DNA of 64,000 bases from an uncultured delta proteobacterium (GTDB taxonomy: Bacteria > Desulfobacterota > Binatia > HRBIN30 > BPIQ01). The stretch spans positions 325,059-389,058 of the forward strand of contig CAVXGR010000013.1 in assembly GCA_963761335.1 (NCBI GenBank). Direction: 5' to 3'. The position numbers were made by a program, and so were the translations under genes. Below, piece by piece: positions 1 through 10,931 of this stretch. The notes under the pieces were generated by a model. The model worked only from the letters and a program-made list of their open reading frames with translations. It was not told the origin of the DNA and ran no database searches. Every line of letters begins with the position of its first letter. Position 1 is the first letter of the stretch.

Positions 1-280
1 ACTGGAGAACGCCCAGTTCTCCGGAACCTACGGCGGCAGCCCCGCCACTTCGATCTCCAACGGTCTGGTGGTCGGCTTCCTCAGTGAGACCGCCGCAAAC
101 AACATCATCCTGCCGGCTGATCTGGCCACCATCGGCGGACACACGCTTTCCAGCGTGCTCGGTGGCGGCACGGGTGCCTGTGGCACCGTCGACGATCGTG
201 ATATCGGCCCCGGAGGCGTCTCCGGTTGGTACTTCTACCTGAGCTACAGCTCCACCAAGGTACCGTACAGCGAGCCATAG
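1..280 (+). CDS. 3' end of a hypothetical protein, truncated by the window edge
   Basis: Frame is open from base 2 (LENAQFSGTYGGSPATSISNGLVVGFLSE...) to TAG at 278-280; codon usage resembles neighbouring genes; G/S/T-rich like an extracellular protein. Confidence 0.7.
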   Translation, partial: LENAQFSGTYGGSPATSISNGLVVGFLSETAANNIILPADLATIGGHTLSSVLGGGTGACGTVDDRDIGPGGVSGWYFYLSYSSTKVPYSEP

Positions 281-327
281 CCGCGCGGCGCCCGCCGGGG
301 CGCCGCCACGGCCTGACAACGCCGCCG

Positions 328-2178
328 ATGACCTGGACCAGGGCGGTGGTCGCCACCGCGACCGCCGCTCTGGTTTTGTACGCATCGCCGCCGACCTGGG
401 CGGCAGCCGCTCGTGGAGCTGCGAGCAGCCCTACTCCGACGGCGGCGATCTCGCCCGCGCCCACCCCGGCCTTTCGCTTCGCCGAGGTGACCGCCGAGGC
501 CGGGATCGACTATACGCACGGCTTCGCGGCGCCGGCGAATGGCATCAGCGTCGTCGACATGGTGAGCGGCGGCGTGGCCGCCGGCGACTACGACGGCGAT
601 GGCTGGATCGACCTGTATGCCGTCCACGGCAGTCTCGGGCCGAACCTGCTGCTTCACAACCGTGGCGACGGTACCTTCGAGGAGGTGGCCGCGGCCGCCG
701 GCGTCGGGCTCGCGGGGAGAACCGGCAGCGGTCCGCTGTTCGGCGATTTCGACGGCGATGGCTGGCTGGATCTCTACGTCGGCTACATCGGCAGGGTCGT
801 GGCCACGCCGACCCTCTTCCGCAACCGCGGCAACGGCACGTTCGAGGACGTCACCGAGGCGAGCCGGTTCCAGTTCCCTCCGGCGTTCTACATCGGCGCC
901 TCGATGGGCGATTTCGATCGCGACGGCGATCTCGATTTCTTTCTCACGCAGTGGGACACATTTCTGCCCGACGGCGTTCCTCTGAACCATCTCTGGCGCA
1001 ACAACGGCGACGGCACCTTCACCTCCATCGGCGCCGGCGTGAACGTCACGCCGGCGTTCTTCTCCGGGCTCCAGTTCCACTGGTCGTTCACCGCCAACTT
1101 CGCCGACATCAACAACGACGGCTGGCCCGACATCCTGCTGGCGTCTGACTTCGGAAACAGCCAGATCTTCATCAACGACGGCGACGGGACATTCACCGAG
1201 ACCACGACCCCGGTGATCAGCGACGAGAACGGCATGGGCGCCGCGATCGGCGACTACGACAACGACGGCGACCTCGACTGGTTCGTTTCCAGCATCTACG
1301 ATCCTTCGGGTCTCGGTACCGACGGCGGTCAGAAGACGGACGGCGTCGGCACCACCGGCAACCGCCTCTACCGCAACCGCGGCGACGGCACCTTCGAGGA
1401 CGCCACCGACGAGGCCGGCGTGCGCGATGGCAACTGGGGATGGGGGAGCTGCTTCGCCGATTTCAACAACGACGGCTTCCTCGACATCTTCCACGTCGAC
1501 GGCTGGGGGATCGAAGGCGGCCGCGACCGCTTCTACGGACGGCCCTCGCGGCTCTTCATCGCCAACGGCGACGGCACCTTCACCGAGCGCGCCGAGGAGC
1601 TCGGGATCGACGACCGCGGCGAGGGCCGTGGCGTCGTCTGCTTCGACTACGACAACGATGGCGACATCGACATCTTCGTCGCCGACAACGGCCAGCCGCC
1701 ACACCTCTATCGCAACGAGGGCGGCAATCGTCTGGGCTTCCTCGACGTCAAGCTCCGCGGTGTGGCGCGGAACTCCGAGGCGATCGGCGCGAGGATCGAC
1801 GTCACCGCCGCCGGGACGACGCAGATGCGCGAGCTCCGTGCGGGCAGCAACTACGTCTCCCAAGATCCGGCAATCGCCCACTTCGGCCTCGGCGCCGCCA
1901 CCTCCGTGGACGAGGTGCGGGTCGTCTGGCCGGACGGCGGCGCGACCGACCTCCGCGACCTCCCCGCCGATCAGCGCATCACCATCTCGGAGACCAACGC
2001 GGATGCGAACTGCGACGGCCGCGTCGGCGCCGCGGACCTGGTGGCGATCTCGGGGCTCATGCCGGCCGGCCAGCCGGAGCGGTGCGTGTCGGCAGACGTC
2101 GACGCCGACAACAGAATCGGAGCCGCCGACCTCGCCCAGGCCGGGGCGCGCATCTTCGCGGCGGCGGGAGCACCGTAG
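328..2178 (+). CDS. Secreted CRTAC1/ASPIC-UnbV family FG-GAP beta-propeller protein with C-terminal dockerin-like tail
   Basis: Signal-like N-terminus; repeated GDxDxDGxxD motifs; ASPIC-like segment (AIGARIDV...GSNYVSQD...HFGLG...VRVVWPDG); paired DxNxDG/DxDxD motifs at the C-terminus; ATG 328 chosen because it lies downstream of the previous gene. Confidence 0.85.
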   Translation: MTWTRAVVATATAALVLYASPPTWAAAARGAASSPTPTAAISPAPTPAFRFAEVTAEAGIDYTHGFAAPANGISVVDMVSGGVAAGDYDGDGWIDLYAVHGSLGPNLLLHNRGDGTFEEVAAAAGVGLAGRTGSGPLFGDFDGDGWLDLYVGYIGRVVATPTLFRNRGNGTFEDVTEASRFQFPPAFYIGASMGDFDRDGDLDFFLTQWDTFLPDGVPLNHLWRNNGDGTFTSIGAGVNVTPAFFSGLQFHWSFTANFADINNDGWPDILLASDFGNSQIFINDGDGTFTETTTPVISDENGMGAAIGDYDNDGDLDWFVSSIYDPSGLGTDGGQKTDGVGTTGNRLYRNRGDGTFEDATDEAGVRDGNWGWGSCFADFNNDGFLDIFHVDGWGIEGGRDRFYGRPSRLFIANGDGTFTERAEELGIDDRGEGRGVVCFDYDNDGDIDIFVADNGQPPHLYRNEGGNRLGFLDVKLRGVARNSEAIGARIDVTAAGTTQMRELRAGSNYVSQDPAIAHFGLGAATSVDEVRVVWPDGGATDLRDLPADQRITISETNADANCDGRVGAADLVAISGLMPAGQPERCVSADVDADNRIGAADLAQAGARIFAAAGAP

Positions 2179-2198
2179 AGAGCGGCGTCTCGCCGCTC
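2175..2198 (+). repeat. REP-like family B, single copy (GTAG + GAGCGGCG-TCT-CGCCGCTC hairpin)
   Basis: Same hairpin core as 37960-38010 and 59607-59656; lies between convergent genes. Confidence 0.6.
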
Positions 2199-2505
2199 AG
2201 TCGTTGGCGGGATTGCGCATCGCCGGAGTGGGACGAGACAGCCGCTCCTCCTGCTCGAGGCGGCGCCGGTGAAGCGCGGCGAGCTTGGCGTCGTACGCCT
2301 TCAGCTTCTCGCCGATCTCCTGCTGGCGCTTCTTCAAGGCGGCGTACTTCTCGATCAGCTTGTTCTCCCGGGCGATGATATCGCTCAGGCGATCCGCCGC
2401 CGTCTTCTTGCTGCGACTGCAGGCGGGGGCCGCGGCCAGGGCGCCCAGCACCAGCGCCATCACCAAAACGGCGCGATGGCGCCGCCCCGGCTCGTGCCTA
2501 CCCAT
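2197..2505 (-). CDS. Small predicted lipoprotein with coiled coil
   Basis: Basic n-region, hydrophobic stretch, AAAPAC lipobox-like motif, then K/E/Q-rich helix; starts 5 nt after the typA stop. Confidence 0.65.
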   Translation of the reverse strand: MGRHEPGRRHRAVLVMALVLGALAAAPACSRSKKTAADRLSDIIARENKLIEKYAALKKRQQEIGEKLKAYDAKLAALHRRRLEQEERLSRPTPAMRNPAND

Positions 2506-2510
2506 CGCGT

Positions 2511-4346
2511 TCAATCCTCGAGGTCGTGGCGCCTGGGGCGATCGGACTGCCGCAGGACCTTCTTGCGCAGGCGGATGGACTGCGGCGTCACCTCCACCAG
2601 CTCGTCCTCGTCGATCCACTCGATCGCCGCCTCGAGCCCGACCTCCCGGTGCGGCGTGATGATGATGTTCTCGTCGCGTCCGGAAGCGCGCATGTTGCTC
2701 AGCTTCTTCTCGCGGCAGACGTTCACGTTCAGGTCGTTGTCGCGCGAGTACTCACCGACGATCATCCCCTCGTAGACCCGTGTTCCCGGCGGGATGAACA
2801 GAATGCCGCGCTCCTGCAGGTGGAAGATGGCGTAGGGCGTGGCCACCCCCTCGCGGTCGGCCACCATGGCGCCGTTGACGCGGGACTGGATGCTGCCCTG
2901 CCAGGCGGCCCAGCCGTTGAACAAGGCGTTCGAGATGCCGGTGCCCCGGGTCTCGGTCAGGAAACGGGAGCGGAAGCCGATGAGCCCGCGAGAGGGCACG
3001 GCGAACTCGAGGCGCACGCGACCCGAGCCGTTGTGTGCCATCTTCATCATCTTGCCGCGGCGGACGGCGAGAAGCTGCGAGACCACACCGATATGCTCCT
3101 CGGGAACATCGACGACCAGCAGCTCCATGGGCTCGTGGACGACCCCGTCGATATCTCTGGTGACTACGGTGGGCTTCGACACCTGCGCCTCGTAGCCCTC
3201 CCGGCGCATGGTCTCGATCAGGATGGAGAGCTGCAGCTCGCCGCGGCCGGTGACGCGCAGTGCCTCCGGCGCGTCGGTGTCCTCGATGCGCAGGCTGACG
3301 TTCTTGCGCTGCTCGTAGGCGAGCCGCTCGCGCAGCTTGCGCGAGGTGACGTACTGCCCCTCGCGTCCCGCCCACGGCGAGGCGTTGGCGGAAAAGATCA
3401 TGGCGATGGTCGGCTCGTCGACGCGGATCGCCGGCATCGGCACCGGTCGCTCGCGATCGGCAATGGTGTCGCCGATGTGGATGTCCTCGATGCCGGCGAT
3501 GGCGACGATGTCACCGGCGGCCACCGCGTCGACCTCGGAACGCTTCAGGCCGCGCCAGTTGTACATCTGCACGATCTTCACCGGCTGCTGCCCACCGTCG
3601 GCGCGGCACAGGGTATAGGTGCCGCCCGCTTCCAGCGAGCCGTTCTTCAGCCGGCCAATGGCCAGGCGCCCAACGTAGTCGTTGTAGTCGAGGTTGTTCA
3701 CCTGGAACTGCGTCCCCTGCGCGGGGTCGACGAGTGGCCCCGGCAGCGCCGCCAGAATCAGATCGAAGAGGCAGCGGAGATCTTCGGCGGGATCGTTCAG
3801 GTCGCGGGTCGCCGTGCCGGCGCGCGCGTTGGTGTAGACGACCGGAAAATCGAGCTGCTCCTCACTGGCGTCGAGGTCGATGAAGAGGTCGTAGATCTCG
3901 TCGAGAACGGCGCTGATGCGCGCGTCGGGGCGGTCGATCTTGTTGATACATACGATCGGCGGCAGCCCCGCCTCGAGGGCCTTCTTGAGGACGAAGCGCG
4001 TCTGCGGCAAGGGCCCCTCGGAGGCGTCGACAAGAAGCACGATGCCGTCCACCATCGCCAGGGTGCGCTCGACCTCGCCGCCGAAGTCGGCGTGCCCGGG
4101 GGTGTCGACGATGTTGATCTTCACCGCCCCGTACTCGATCGCGGTGTTCTTCGCCAGAATGGTGATGCCGCGTTCGCGCTCGAGCGCGAACGAGTCCATC
4201 ACCCGTTCCTGCACCTGCTCGTTGACGCGGAAGATGCCGCTCTGGTGCAACATGGCGTCCACCAGCGTCGTCTTGCCGTGGTCGACGTGAGCAATGATGG
4301 CGACGTTGCGAATGTCGCCGCGCCGTTGCGGAGTCGTTTCTGTCAT
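2511..4346 (-). CDS. typA: Translational GTPase TypA/BipA
   Basis: [46 protein letters not shown]-terminal [14 protein letters not shown]. Confidence 0.97.
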   Translation of the reverse strand: MTETTPQRRGDIRNVAIIAHVDHGKTTLVDAMLHQSGIFRVNEQVQERVMDSFALERERGITILAKNTAIEYGAVKINIVDTPGHADFGGEVERTLAMVDGIVLLVDASEGPLPQTRFVLKKALEAGLPPIVCINKIDRPDARISAVLDEIYDLFIDLDASEEQLDFPVVYTNARAGTATRDLNDPAEDLRCLFDLILAALPGPLVDPAQGTQFQVNNLDYNDYVGRLAIGRLKNGSLEAGGTYTLCRADGGQQPVKIVQMYNWRGLKRSEVDAVAAGDIVAIAGIEDIHIGDTIADRERPVPMPAIRVDEPTIAMIFSANASPWAGREGQYVTSRKLRERLAYEQRKNVSLRIEDTDAPEALRVTGRGELQLSILIETMRREGYEAQVSKPTVVTRDIDGVVHEPMELLVVDVPEEHIGVVSQLLAVRRGKMMKMAHNGSGRVRLEFAVPSRGLIGFRSRFLTETRGTGISNALFNGWAAWQGSIQSRVNGAMVADREGVATPYAIFHLQERGILFIPPGTRVYEGMIVGEYSRDNDLNVNVCREKKLSNMRASGRDENIIITPHREVGLEAAIEWIDEDELVEVTPQSIRLRKKVLRQSDRPRRHDLED

Positions 4347-4410
4347 GGGGGTTGCAGCGCCAGAAGCGCCGCGAGAAGGCGATCGGTGGTGCGCCTCGCC
4401 AACTGGGAGC

Positions 4411-5427
4411 TTACTCGACCTCCACCTCGAAGCCGAGCTCGGCGATCATGCGATGCGCCTCGCTGGCGTGCTGCCCGGGGGTCGTCAGATAGCCCTCGAT
4501 AAAAATGGAGTTCGCCACGTAGAGAGCCAACGACTGGAACCAGCCGAGGTTCAGCTCGCGACCGCCGGCGACGCGGATCTCGGCGCCGGGATGCGCGAAG
4601 CGGAACATGCTGAGCGCCTTGAGGCAGCGCGGTGGTGTCAGCTCCCGGCGGCTGTCGAGAGGAGTGCCCTCGATCGGGTGCAGGAAGTTCACCGGAAGCG
4701 AGTCGACCTGCAGATCCCGCAGGGCGACGGCGACGTCGATCAGGTCCTCGTCCGTCTCCCCCATGCCGACGATGGCGCCGCAGCAGGTGTGCATGCCCAC
4801 CCGACGCACGTTGCGCACCGTTTCCACGCGGTCGGCATAGGTGTGGGTGGTGCAGATCTCGGGATAGAAACGCGAGCTGGTGTTGAGATTGTGATTGATC
4901 CAGCCGACGCCGGCATCCGCGAGGGCACGCGCCTGTGGCTCGCTGGTGAGTCCCAGGGAAAGGCAGATCTCCAGATCGGGGAACTCGCTCTTGATCCTGC
5001 GGGTCACCGCCGCCAGGTGATCGACGTCGCGGGCGCTGGGGCCGCGGCCACTGGTCACCATGCAGTAGCGGCGCGCCCCGCGCTCGACGGCGGTGCGCGC
5101 CCCGGCGAGGAGCTCTTCCGCCGACTGCAGGCGGTACTTGGGGATAGCGGCGCTCGACACCGACGACTGCGAGCAGTAGCCACAGTCCTCCGGGCAGAGA
5201 CCGCTGCGGGCGTTGCGCAGCTGGCAGAGCTTCACCCGCCGGCCCCAGAAGTGGCGGCGCAGGCGAAACGCGGACCACAGCACCTCGGTCAGCCGCTCAT
5301 CCGGCGCTTCCAGGAGGGCGCGCAGATCGGCGCGTGACGCCGGCGCGCCGTCCAGGACGCGCGAGGCGAGCTCGTCGAACGACGAATTCGCCGGATGCTG
5401 TTCGCAGGCGAGCATAACCCTGGACAA
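4411..5427 (-). CDS. bioB: Biotin synthase (radical SAM)
   Basis: [18 protein letters not shown] (CxxxCxxC), [33 protein letters not shown]; alternative start ATG 5415. Confidence 0.95.
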   Translation of the reverse strand: MSRVMLACEQHPANSSFDELASRVLDGAPASRADLRALLEAPDERLTEVLWSAFRLRRHFWGRRVKLCQLRNARSGLCPEDCGYCSQSSVSSAAIPKYRLQSAEELLAGARTAVERGARRYCMVTSGRGPSARDVDHLAAVTRRIKSEFPDLEICLSLGLTSEPQARALADAGVGWINHNLNTSSRFYPEICTTHTYADRVETVRNVRRVGMHTCCGAIVGMGETDEDLIDVAVALRDLQVDSLPVNFLHPIEGTPLDSRRELTPPRCLKALSMFRFAHPGAEIRVAGGRELNLGWFQSLALYVANSIFIEGYLTTPGQHASEAHRMIAELGFEVEVE

Positions 5428-5488
5428 ATAGCCGATCCGGCGCGGTCAGTCTACGGGGGCATCGCCTCTCCCCCTCCGCGGCAGCGCC

Positions 5489-5808
5489 TCACAGCCGCAG
5501 CCAGACGAGAGCGGCGCCGTCCTCGCCGCCCGGATCGAGCTGTCGCTCGAAGCGCTCCACCCAGCGGGCACCGTCGTGCTCGAGCCAGTGGGGAACCACC
5601 TGCCGCAGTACACCGCGGCCGCCGGGGCTTCGCCGGCCCTTGCCGTAGACGATGCGCACCGCCGGTTCACCGCCCTGCGCCGCGGTGCGGATGAAGAGCT
5701 CCGTCTGCTCGAGGGCCTCCTTCACCCCGAGGCCGTGCAGGTCGAGGGTCGGGTAGATCCCGAGGAGAGATCGCAGCCAGCGGCGCAGCGCAGCGCCGAG
5801 GCCCTCAC
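5489..5808 (-). CDS. Stand-alone Smr/MutS2-C domain protein, start uncertain
   Basis: LDLHG...VRIVYGKGRRS...GVLR...W...GEDGAALVWL is the Smr signature; the only in-frame start (TTG 5896) overlaps the upstream gene; see indel finding. Confidence 0.8.
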
Positions 5809-6227
5809 CTGCCGGTGGCCTCGACGTGGTACTGCCGTACCTCCGGGCGATTCTCGAGAGTGGCGCTGAAGGTCGCCACTCCGCCGCCCGCCGCAATTCT
5901 CTCCGTGCTCGGCGTGGCCAGTGTGCTCAGCACTGCCTTGCCGGCGGCGTCGAGCGCCTGCACCTCGACGCGGAGCTCCGAGGTCGGCCGCGTGCCGCGG
6001 TTGATCACCATGCCGGTGACCGTGACCCTCTGGCGATCCTCGCTGCGGGTCTCGTCCAGACCGGAAATCTCCAGCATCAGCTTGCCCGCGGGCGGCAGCG
6101 GCTCTTCATAGAAGAGCTTGGCCGCAGGCGGCGGCACGACCGGTGGCGGCGCCGGCGCCGGAGCCGGAGCCGCACAGGCGGCGAGCAGGAAGGCCGAAGC
6201 GATGGGAAGCAGGGCGCGGCGGCGCAT
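5805..6227 (-). CDS. Lipoprotein with Pro-rich linker and FxLYD-like Ig fold
   Basis: MRRRALL...LLAAC lipobox; VTGMVINRG...VEVQALDAAG pattern. Confidence 0.75.
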   Translation of the reverse strand: MRRRALLPIASAFLLAACAAPAPAPAPPPVVPPPAAKLFYEEPLPPAGKLMLEISGLDETRSEDRQRVTVTGMVINRGTRPTSELRVEVQALDAAGKAVLSTLATPSTERIAAGGGVATFSATLENRPEVRQYHVEATGR

Positions 6228-6235
6228 CGCCAGGC

Positions 6236-6850
6236 TCAGCGCGGAGCGATCGGGGCCGATGCCGTGCCCGCACCGGCAGGCGCGCTCGAGCACTCCTCGA
6301 GGTCGGCCCGCGTGAAGATCGGCTGTACCGGAATGGCCGAGCCCACCTCGCCGCGGATCGCCTCCACCCCCCCTTCCTGACGGTCGACGAGCAGGATGAC
6401 GCCGGCGATGATCAGCTCCGCGTCGCGACAGCGGCGCACGGCCTCGATGGTGGAGCCTCCCGTGGTGGCGACATCGTCGACGACCACCACCCGCGAGCCC
6501 GCTCCGAGCTGCCCCTCGAGCCATTTGCTGAGACCGTGCTTCTTGGGCTCCTTGCGGATCGAGAACGCCTCGATGTGACGCCCCCGCGTCTCCAGAAAGT
6601 ACGCAGTGGCCAGGGCGATCGGATCCGCCCCCATGGTCATGCCGCCGATGCCGGCGGCGTCCGCCGGCACGTGCTCGGCGAACAGCTGGCCGATCAGCGG
6701 CATGGCGGCGGAGTGCAGCGTCGTCACTCGGCAGTCGATGTAGGTGTCGCTCAGCTTCCCCGAGGCCAGGCGGAAGCTGCCCGGGGCACCGCGCCGATAG
6801 GAGCGCTCGACGAGCATGCGGATCAGGCTTTCTCTCGTCTCTCCGGCCAT
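6236..6850 (-). CDS. pyrE: Orotate phosphoribosyltransferase
   Basis: FRLASGKLSDTYIDCR, RKEPKKHG, PRPP motif VVVVDDVATTGGS. Confidence 0.95.
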   Translation of the reverse strand: MAGETRESLIRMLVERSYRRGAPGSFRLASGKLSDTYIDCRVTTLHSAAMPLIGQLFAEHVPADAAGIGGMTMGADPIALATAYFLETRGRHIEAFSIRKEPKKHGLSKWLEGQLGAGSRVVVVDDVATTGGSTIEAVRRCRDAELIIAGVILLVDRQEGGVEAIRGEVGSAIPVQPIFTRADLEECSSAPAGAGTASAPIAPR

Positions 6851-6924
6851 CGGCAACCTGCCTCCCTTTATGTCGTGGCGAGGAACGCTGCAAGCCGGGA
6901 GGCCGGAGGGGACGGATCCCCTCC

Positions 6925-8556
6925 TCAATAGCCGATGGCGCAGCCGTCCTTGCGGAAGTCGGAGCCTCCCCAGTAAACCCGGTTGCCAGGCTCGATGACG
7001 ATTCCCTGGCCGCCGCCAAAGCCGCCGCGGAACAGCGCCGCGCTTTCGTCCTCGACCCGGTGCCCGCGTTCGGCCAGGCCGCTCCGCGCCTGGGGCGGGC
7101 AGCCGTCCTCGACGGCGACGCGGACCCCGCCGAGACAGTGGAAACGCGGATAGTCGAGGGCCTCCTGAATGTTGAGACCGCCGTCGACGAGATTGGAGAC
7201 GACTTGAAGATGGCCTTGCGCCTGCATCTCGCCACCCATGACCCCGAAGGAGACCAGCGGGCGGCCCGCGGCGAACAGCATCGCCGGAATGATGGTGTGC
7301 AGCGGCCGCTTGCGGGGGCTGAGGCAGTTGGCATGGCCCGGGTCGAGCACGAATCCGTGGCCGCGGTTCTGCAGGGCAATGCCGGTGTCGCCAGCGACGA
7401 CGCCCGAGCCGAAGGGGCCGTACAGGCTGTTGATCAGCGAGACGACGTTGCCCGCGGCATCGGCGGTGGTGAGATAGACGGTGTCGGCGCCGCCGTGGAC
7501 TGTACCCGGCTTGGCCGGAGACAGGACGCGCCGCGGCTGGATGAGCGCGGCGCGACCCTGGGCATAGTCCTTGGACAACAGCTCCGCCGTGGGCACGCCG
7601 GCGTGTCGCGGATCGGCGATGTAGCGATCGCGATCGGCGAGCGCCAGCTTCATCGACTCGACGCGCAGATGCCAGATCTCTGCCGCATCCACCTGGTGCG
7701 CGCCGAGATCGAAGTTCTCGAGGATGTTCAGGGCGATCAGTGCGGCCAGCCCCTGGCCATTCGGCGGAATCTCGTACAGCCGGTAGCCGCGGTAGTCCGT
7801 CGAGATCGGCTCCACCCACTCGGAGCGGTGCGCCGCCAGATCCTCGCCGGCGAGAAGCCCGCCGTTGCTCTGCGAGAAGGCGGAGATGCGCTCGGCCAGC
7901 TCGCCGAGGTAGAAGACGTCGCGTCCCCCTTCGGCGAGGCACCGCATGCTCTGCGCCAGCTCGGGCAGGCGCACAACCGATCCCAGCCGCGGCGCCTCAC
8001 CGTCGACCGAGAAGACTCGCTGCGCCTCGGTGTTCTGCAGCACCCCGGCACGGCAGATCATCTCCCATTGGTAGGCAATGATCTCGGTCACCGCGAAGCC
8101 ATCCTCGGCGTAGCCGATGGCGGGCGCGAGGGCTTGGCCGAGCGACATGGTGCCGAAGCGCTCCAGCGCCTGATGCCAGGCGTCCACCGCCCCCGGCACG
8201 GTGACGGACAGCAGCCCGTGGAGCGGCACTTCGTCGAAGCCGCGGGAGCGCAGCGCCTCGACACTGGCGGCCGCCGGCGCCGCGCCGCTGCCGTTGAGCC
8301 CGTGGAGGCGCCGCTCCGACTCGTTCCAGAAAAGCAGGAAGCAGTCGCCGCCGATGCCGGTGCTGAACGGCTCGGCGACGCCAAGGACTGCAGCCGCGGT
8401 GATCGCCGCATCCATGGCGTTGCCGCCGCGGCGCAGGCAATCGAGCCCGGCCGCCGAGGCCAGCGGTTGGCTGGTGCACACCATGCCGCGCCGCCCCAGG
8501 GCCATCGAGCGCTGGCTGCGAAATCCGTCGCGCCGGTTGCGCCTGGTGTCGAGCAA
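6925..8556 (-). CDS. ggt: Gamma-glutamyltransferase family protein (no signal peptide)
   Basis: GGNAMDAA, GIGGD, VTVPGAV, nucleophile Thr in DTVYLTTAD, KRPLHTIIP, GVMGG.MQAQG, SDFRKDG; TTG 8556 has a GAGGT RBS (alternative ATG 8505). Confidence 0.92.
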   Translation of the reverse strand: MLDTRRNRRDGFRSQRSMALGRRGMVCTSQPLASAAGLDCLRRGGNAMDAAITAAAVLGVAEPFSTGIGGDCFLLFWNESERRLHGLNGSGAAPAAASVEALRSRGFDEVPLHGLLSVTVPGAVDAWHQALERFGTMSLGQALAPAIGYAEDGFAVTEIIAYQWEMICRAGVLQNTEAQRVFSVDGEAPRLGSVVRLPELAQSMRCLAEGGRDVFYLGELAERISAFSQSNGGLLAGEDLAAHRSEWVEPISTDYRGYRLYEIPPNGQGLAALIALNILENFDLGAHQVDAAEIWHLRVESMKLALADRDRYIADPRHAGVPTAELLSKDYAQGRAALIQPRRVLSPAKPGTVHGGADTVYLTTADAAGNVVSLINSLYGPFGSGVVAGDTGIALQNRGHGFVLDPGHANCLSPRKRPLHTIIPAMLFAAGRPLVSFGVMGGEMQAQGHLQVVSNLVDGGLNIQEALDYPRFHCLGGVRVAVEDGCPPQARSGLAERGHRVEDESAALFRGGFGGGQGIVIEPGNRVYWGGSDFRKDGCAIGY

Positions 8557-8567
8557 CGTCCCGGACC

Positions 8568-9662
8568 TCAGTCGTCGTGGATGGAGTACGCTACCCCGTC
8601 GCGCTTCAGCGCATCGAGGAACGGGCGCGGCTCCAGCACCAGCGCCGGCGGCAGCACGCCGGCCGCCGCGAAGCCCGAGCGCAACATCATTTCGGCGCCG
8701 TTCACGGCGATGGTGGCGCTGAGCCCGTAGGGATCCGCTCCGGAGACGAGAACGCGGCGGGCATGTGCCCGGCCGTCGCGGATTCCACGCACGTCGATGG
8801 CGATCTGAAAGCGATCGCCGCTGCGCACCCTCTCGTCCGGGCCGTTGCCATTGGCGCCCCGCCAGCGCTCCAGCAGCGTCGCCGCCACCGACGCGGTCGC
8901 CGGCAGCAAGGGCCTGAGAAAAGACAGCGCTCCCACCACCGCGCGCGGCAGCACCATGAAGGTCCGCACCTCCCGCACCTTCTCGTGCATCGGCACGGTG
9001 ACCACCTCGGCGCTCGGGAAGCTCATCGCTCGGGCGCGCCCGATCGGGGGCGGGAAGTCGACGTCGATCTGCTGCGCCGCCAGCGGCTCCGCCACCCAAT
9101 GGCCGCTCAGATAGGCGTAGCCCTCGCTCTGCAGCATGCGCAGCATCGTCCGCCGCGTCCCGGCGCTGGTGTGCATCGGTGCCTCGTAGGTAACGTGCAC
9201 CGACTGCAGCTCAGCGAACCCTTCGGCGCCGATCGACACGGCGCAGTCGGCCAGCGCCACCTCGAACGCCATCGCCGGTGCGACCGCCACCTTCTGGCGC
9301 TTCGCCGCGCCGTCGTGCGCCCGAATCTTCATGATGTACGGCTGCTCGCCGGTGGTGTCCAGGTAGTGGGCTCCGTGCTCGATCGCCGCCTGCACCACCG
9401 GCTCGCCCAGGTCGATGAACGGCCCGGCGCAGTTGATGATGACGCTGCTGCTACTCGCCAGCCGCACCAGCGACTGCGGATGCGTGGCATCGGCAATCAG
9501 GGTCTCGACGTTGCCGAAGGCGGCACTGACCTCCTGCAGCTTGGCGGCGCGCCGGCCGGCGATCGCAAACCGATGGCCGCGGCGGTTCAGCTCGGCGGCG
9601 ACCAACCGGCCGGTGTAGCCGGTGCCACCCATCACGGTGATGACGCGGTCGATGCCTTCCAT
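8568..9662 (-). CDS. Saccharopine dehydrogenase-like NAD(P)-binding oxidoreductase
   Basis: GGTGYTG, AGR, INCAGPF, HYLDTTGEQ. Confidence 0.85.
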   Translation of the reverse strand: MEGIDRVITVMGGTGYTGRLVAAELNRRGHRFAIAGRRAAKLQEVSAAFGNVETLIADATHPQSLVRLASSSSVIINCAGPFIDLGEPVVQAAIEHGAHYLDTTGEQPYIMKIRAHDGAAKRQKVAVAPAMAFEVALADCAVSIGAEGFAELQSVHVTYEAPMHTSAGTRRTMLRMLQSEGYAYLSGHWVAEPLAAQQIDVDFPPPIGRARAMSFPSAEVVTVPMHEKVREVRTFMVLPRAVVGALSFLRPLLPATASVAATLLERWRGANGNGPDERVRSGDRFQIAIDVRGIRDGRAHARRVLVSGADPYGLSATIAVNGAEMMLRSGFAAAGVLPPALVLEPRPFLDALKRDGVAYSIHDD

Positions 9663-9671
9663 TGCCTGCCG

Positions 9672-10901
9672 TCAGATGTCGAGCAACAGGCGGCTGGGGT
9701 CTTCCAGCCGCTCCTTGACGCGCACCAGGAAGGTCACCGCCTGCTCACCGTCCACCAGGCGGTGATCATACGACAGCGCCACGTACATCATCGGCCGCGC
9801 CACGATCTCGTCACCGATCACCACCGGCCGCTTCTCGATCTTGTGCATGCCGAGAATTCCGCTCTGCGGCAGATTGAGAATGGGCGTCGACAGCAGCGAG
9901 CCGAACACGCCTCCGTTGGTGATGCTGAAGGTGCCGCCGCTCAGCTCGTCGACACTCAGCTTGCCCTCGCGGGCGCGCTTCGCCAGGCGCTCGATCTCCT
10001 TTTCGATCTCCGCAAACGAGAGCCCCTGGGCGTCGCGCACCACCGGCACCACCAGACCGCGAGGCGAGGCGACGGCGATGCCGAGATGCACCCGCTTCTT
10101 GTAGACGATGTCGGTATCGCGAATTTCGGCATTGAGCGCGGGGACCTCGCGCAGCGCCTGCACGCAGGAGCGGGCGAAGAACGACATGAAGCCGAGCGAC
10201 ACACCGTGCGCCTGGGCGAAGGCCTCCTTGTGTCGCCGCCGCAGCTCCATCACCGCACTCATGTCGATCTCGTTGAAGGTGGTGAGAATCGCCGCCGATT
10301 GCTGGGCCTGGAGGAGGCGCTCGGCAATCCGCCGGCGGATCGGCGTCATCGGCACCCGCTCCTCGCCGTCGGCGACGCTGGCCCGGGCCGCCCGCGGGGC
10401 GGTTTCCGGCGCCGCCTGTGGAGCCGGCGGGCGCTCCGGACGCGGCAGGATCTCACCGACATGCTCGAGCACATCCGCCCGGGTGACCCGGCCGCCGCGG
10501 CCGCTGCCGCGCAGCGCCTCGGTGTCCACCCCGTGCTCCTCGGCCAGCCGGCGCGCCAGCGGGCTCACACGTGCCGCCTTGTCCGCTTCCGGCGCCGCGG
10601 GCGCCGCCGGTGGGGGCGCGGCCTTGGGCGGTTCCTGGGTCTTGCGCACCGCCGCCGGCTTGGCCGCCGAGGCGCCATCGGCGATCTCGCCGACCACCTC
10701 GCCGACGCGCACTTTCTCGCCTTCGTTCTTCAGGATGTGCAGCACGCCTGCCCGCTCGGCCGGGATCTCGACGCTGGCCTTCTCCGTCTCCAGCTCGAGC
10801 AGCGGCTCGTCGGCTTGCACGGCATCGCCGTCGCCCTTCATCCAGCGGACAATGACCGCCTCGGTGATCGACTCCCCCAATGTGGGGATGGTTACCTGCA
10901 T
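9672..10901 (-). CDS. sucB: 2-oxoglutarate dehydrogenase E2 (dihydrolipoyllysine succinyltransferase)
   Basis: Lipoyl motif LETEKAS, E3-binding [17 protein letters not shown], catalytic [14 protein letters not shown]. Confidence 0.96.
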   Translation of the reverse strand: MQVTIPTLGESITEAVIVRWMKGDGDAVQADEPLLELETEKASVEIPAERAGVLHILKNEGEKVRVGEVVGEIADGASAAKPAAVRKTQEPPKAAPPPAAPAAPEADKAARVSPLARRLAEEHGVDTEALRGSGRGGRVTRADVLEHVGEILPRPERPPAPQAAPETAPRAARASVADGEERVPMTPIRRRIAERLLQAQQSAAILTTFNEIDMSAVMELRRRHKEAFAQAHGVSLGFMSFFARSCVQALREVPALNAEIRDTDIVYKKRVHLGIAVASPRGLVVPVVRDAQGLSFAEIEKEIERLAKRAREGKLSVDELSGGTFSITNGGVFGSLLSTPILNLPQSGILGMHKIEKRPVVIGDEIVARPMMYVALSYDHRLVDGEQAVTFLVRVKERLEDPSRLLLDI

Positions 10902-10931
10902 GGGTCTCCTTCGCGGCTGCCGGCGCGGCGC

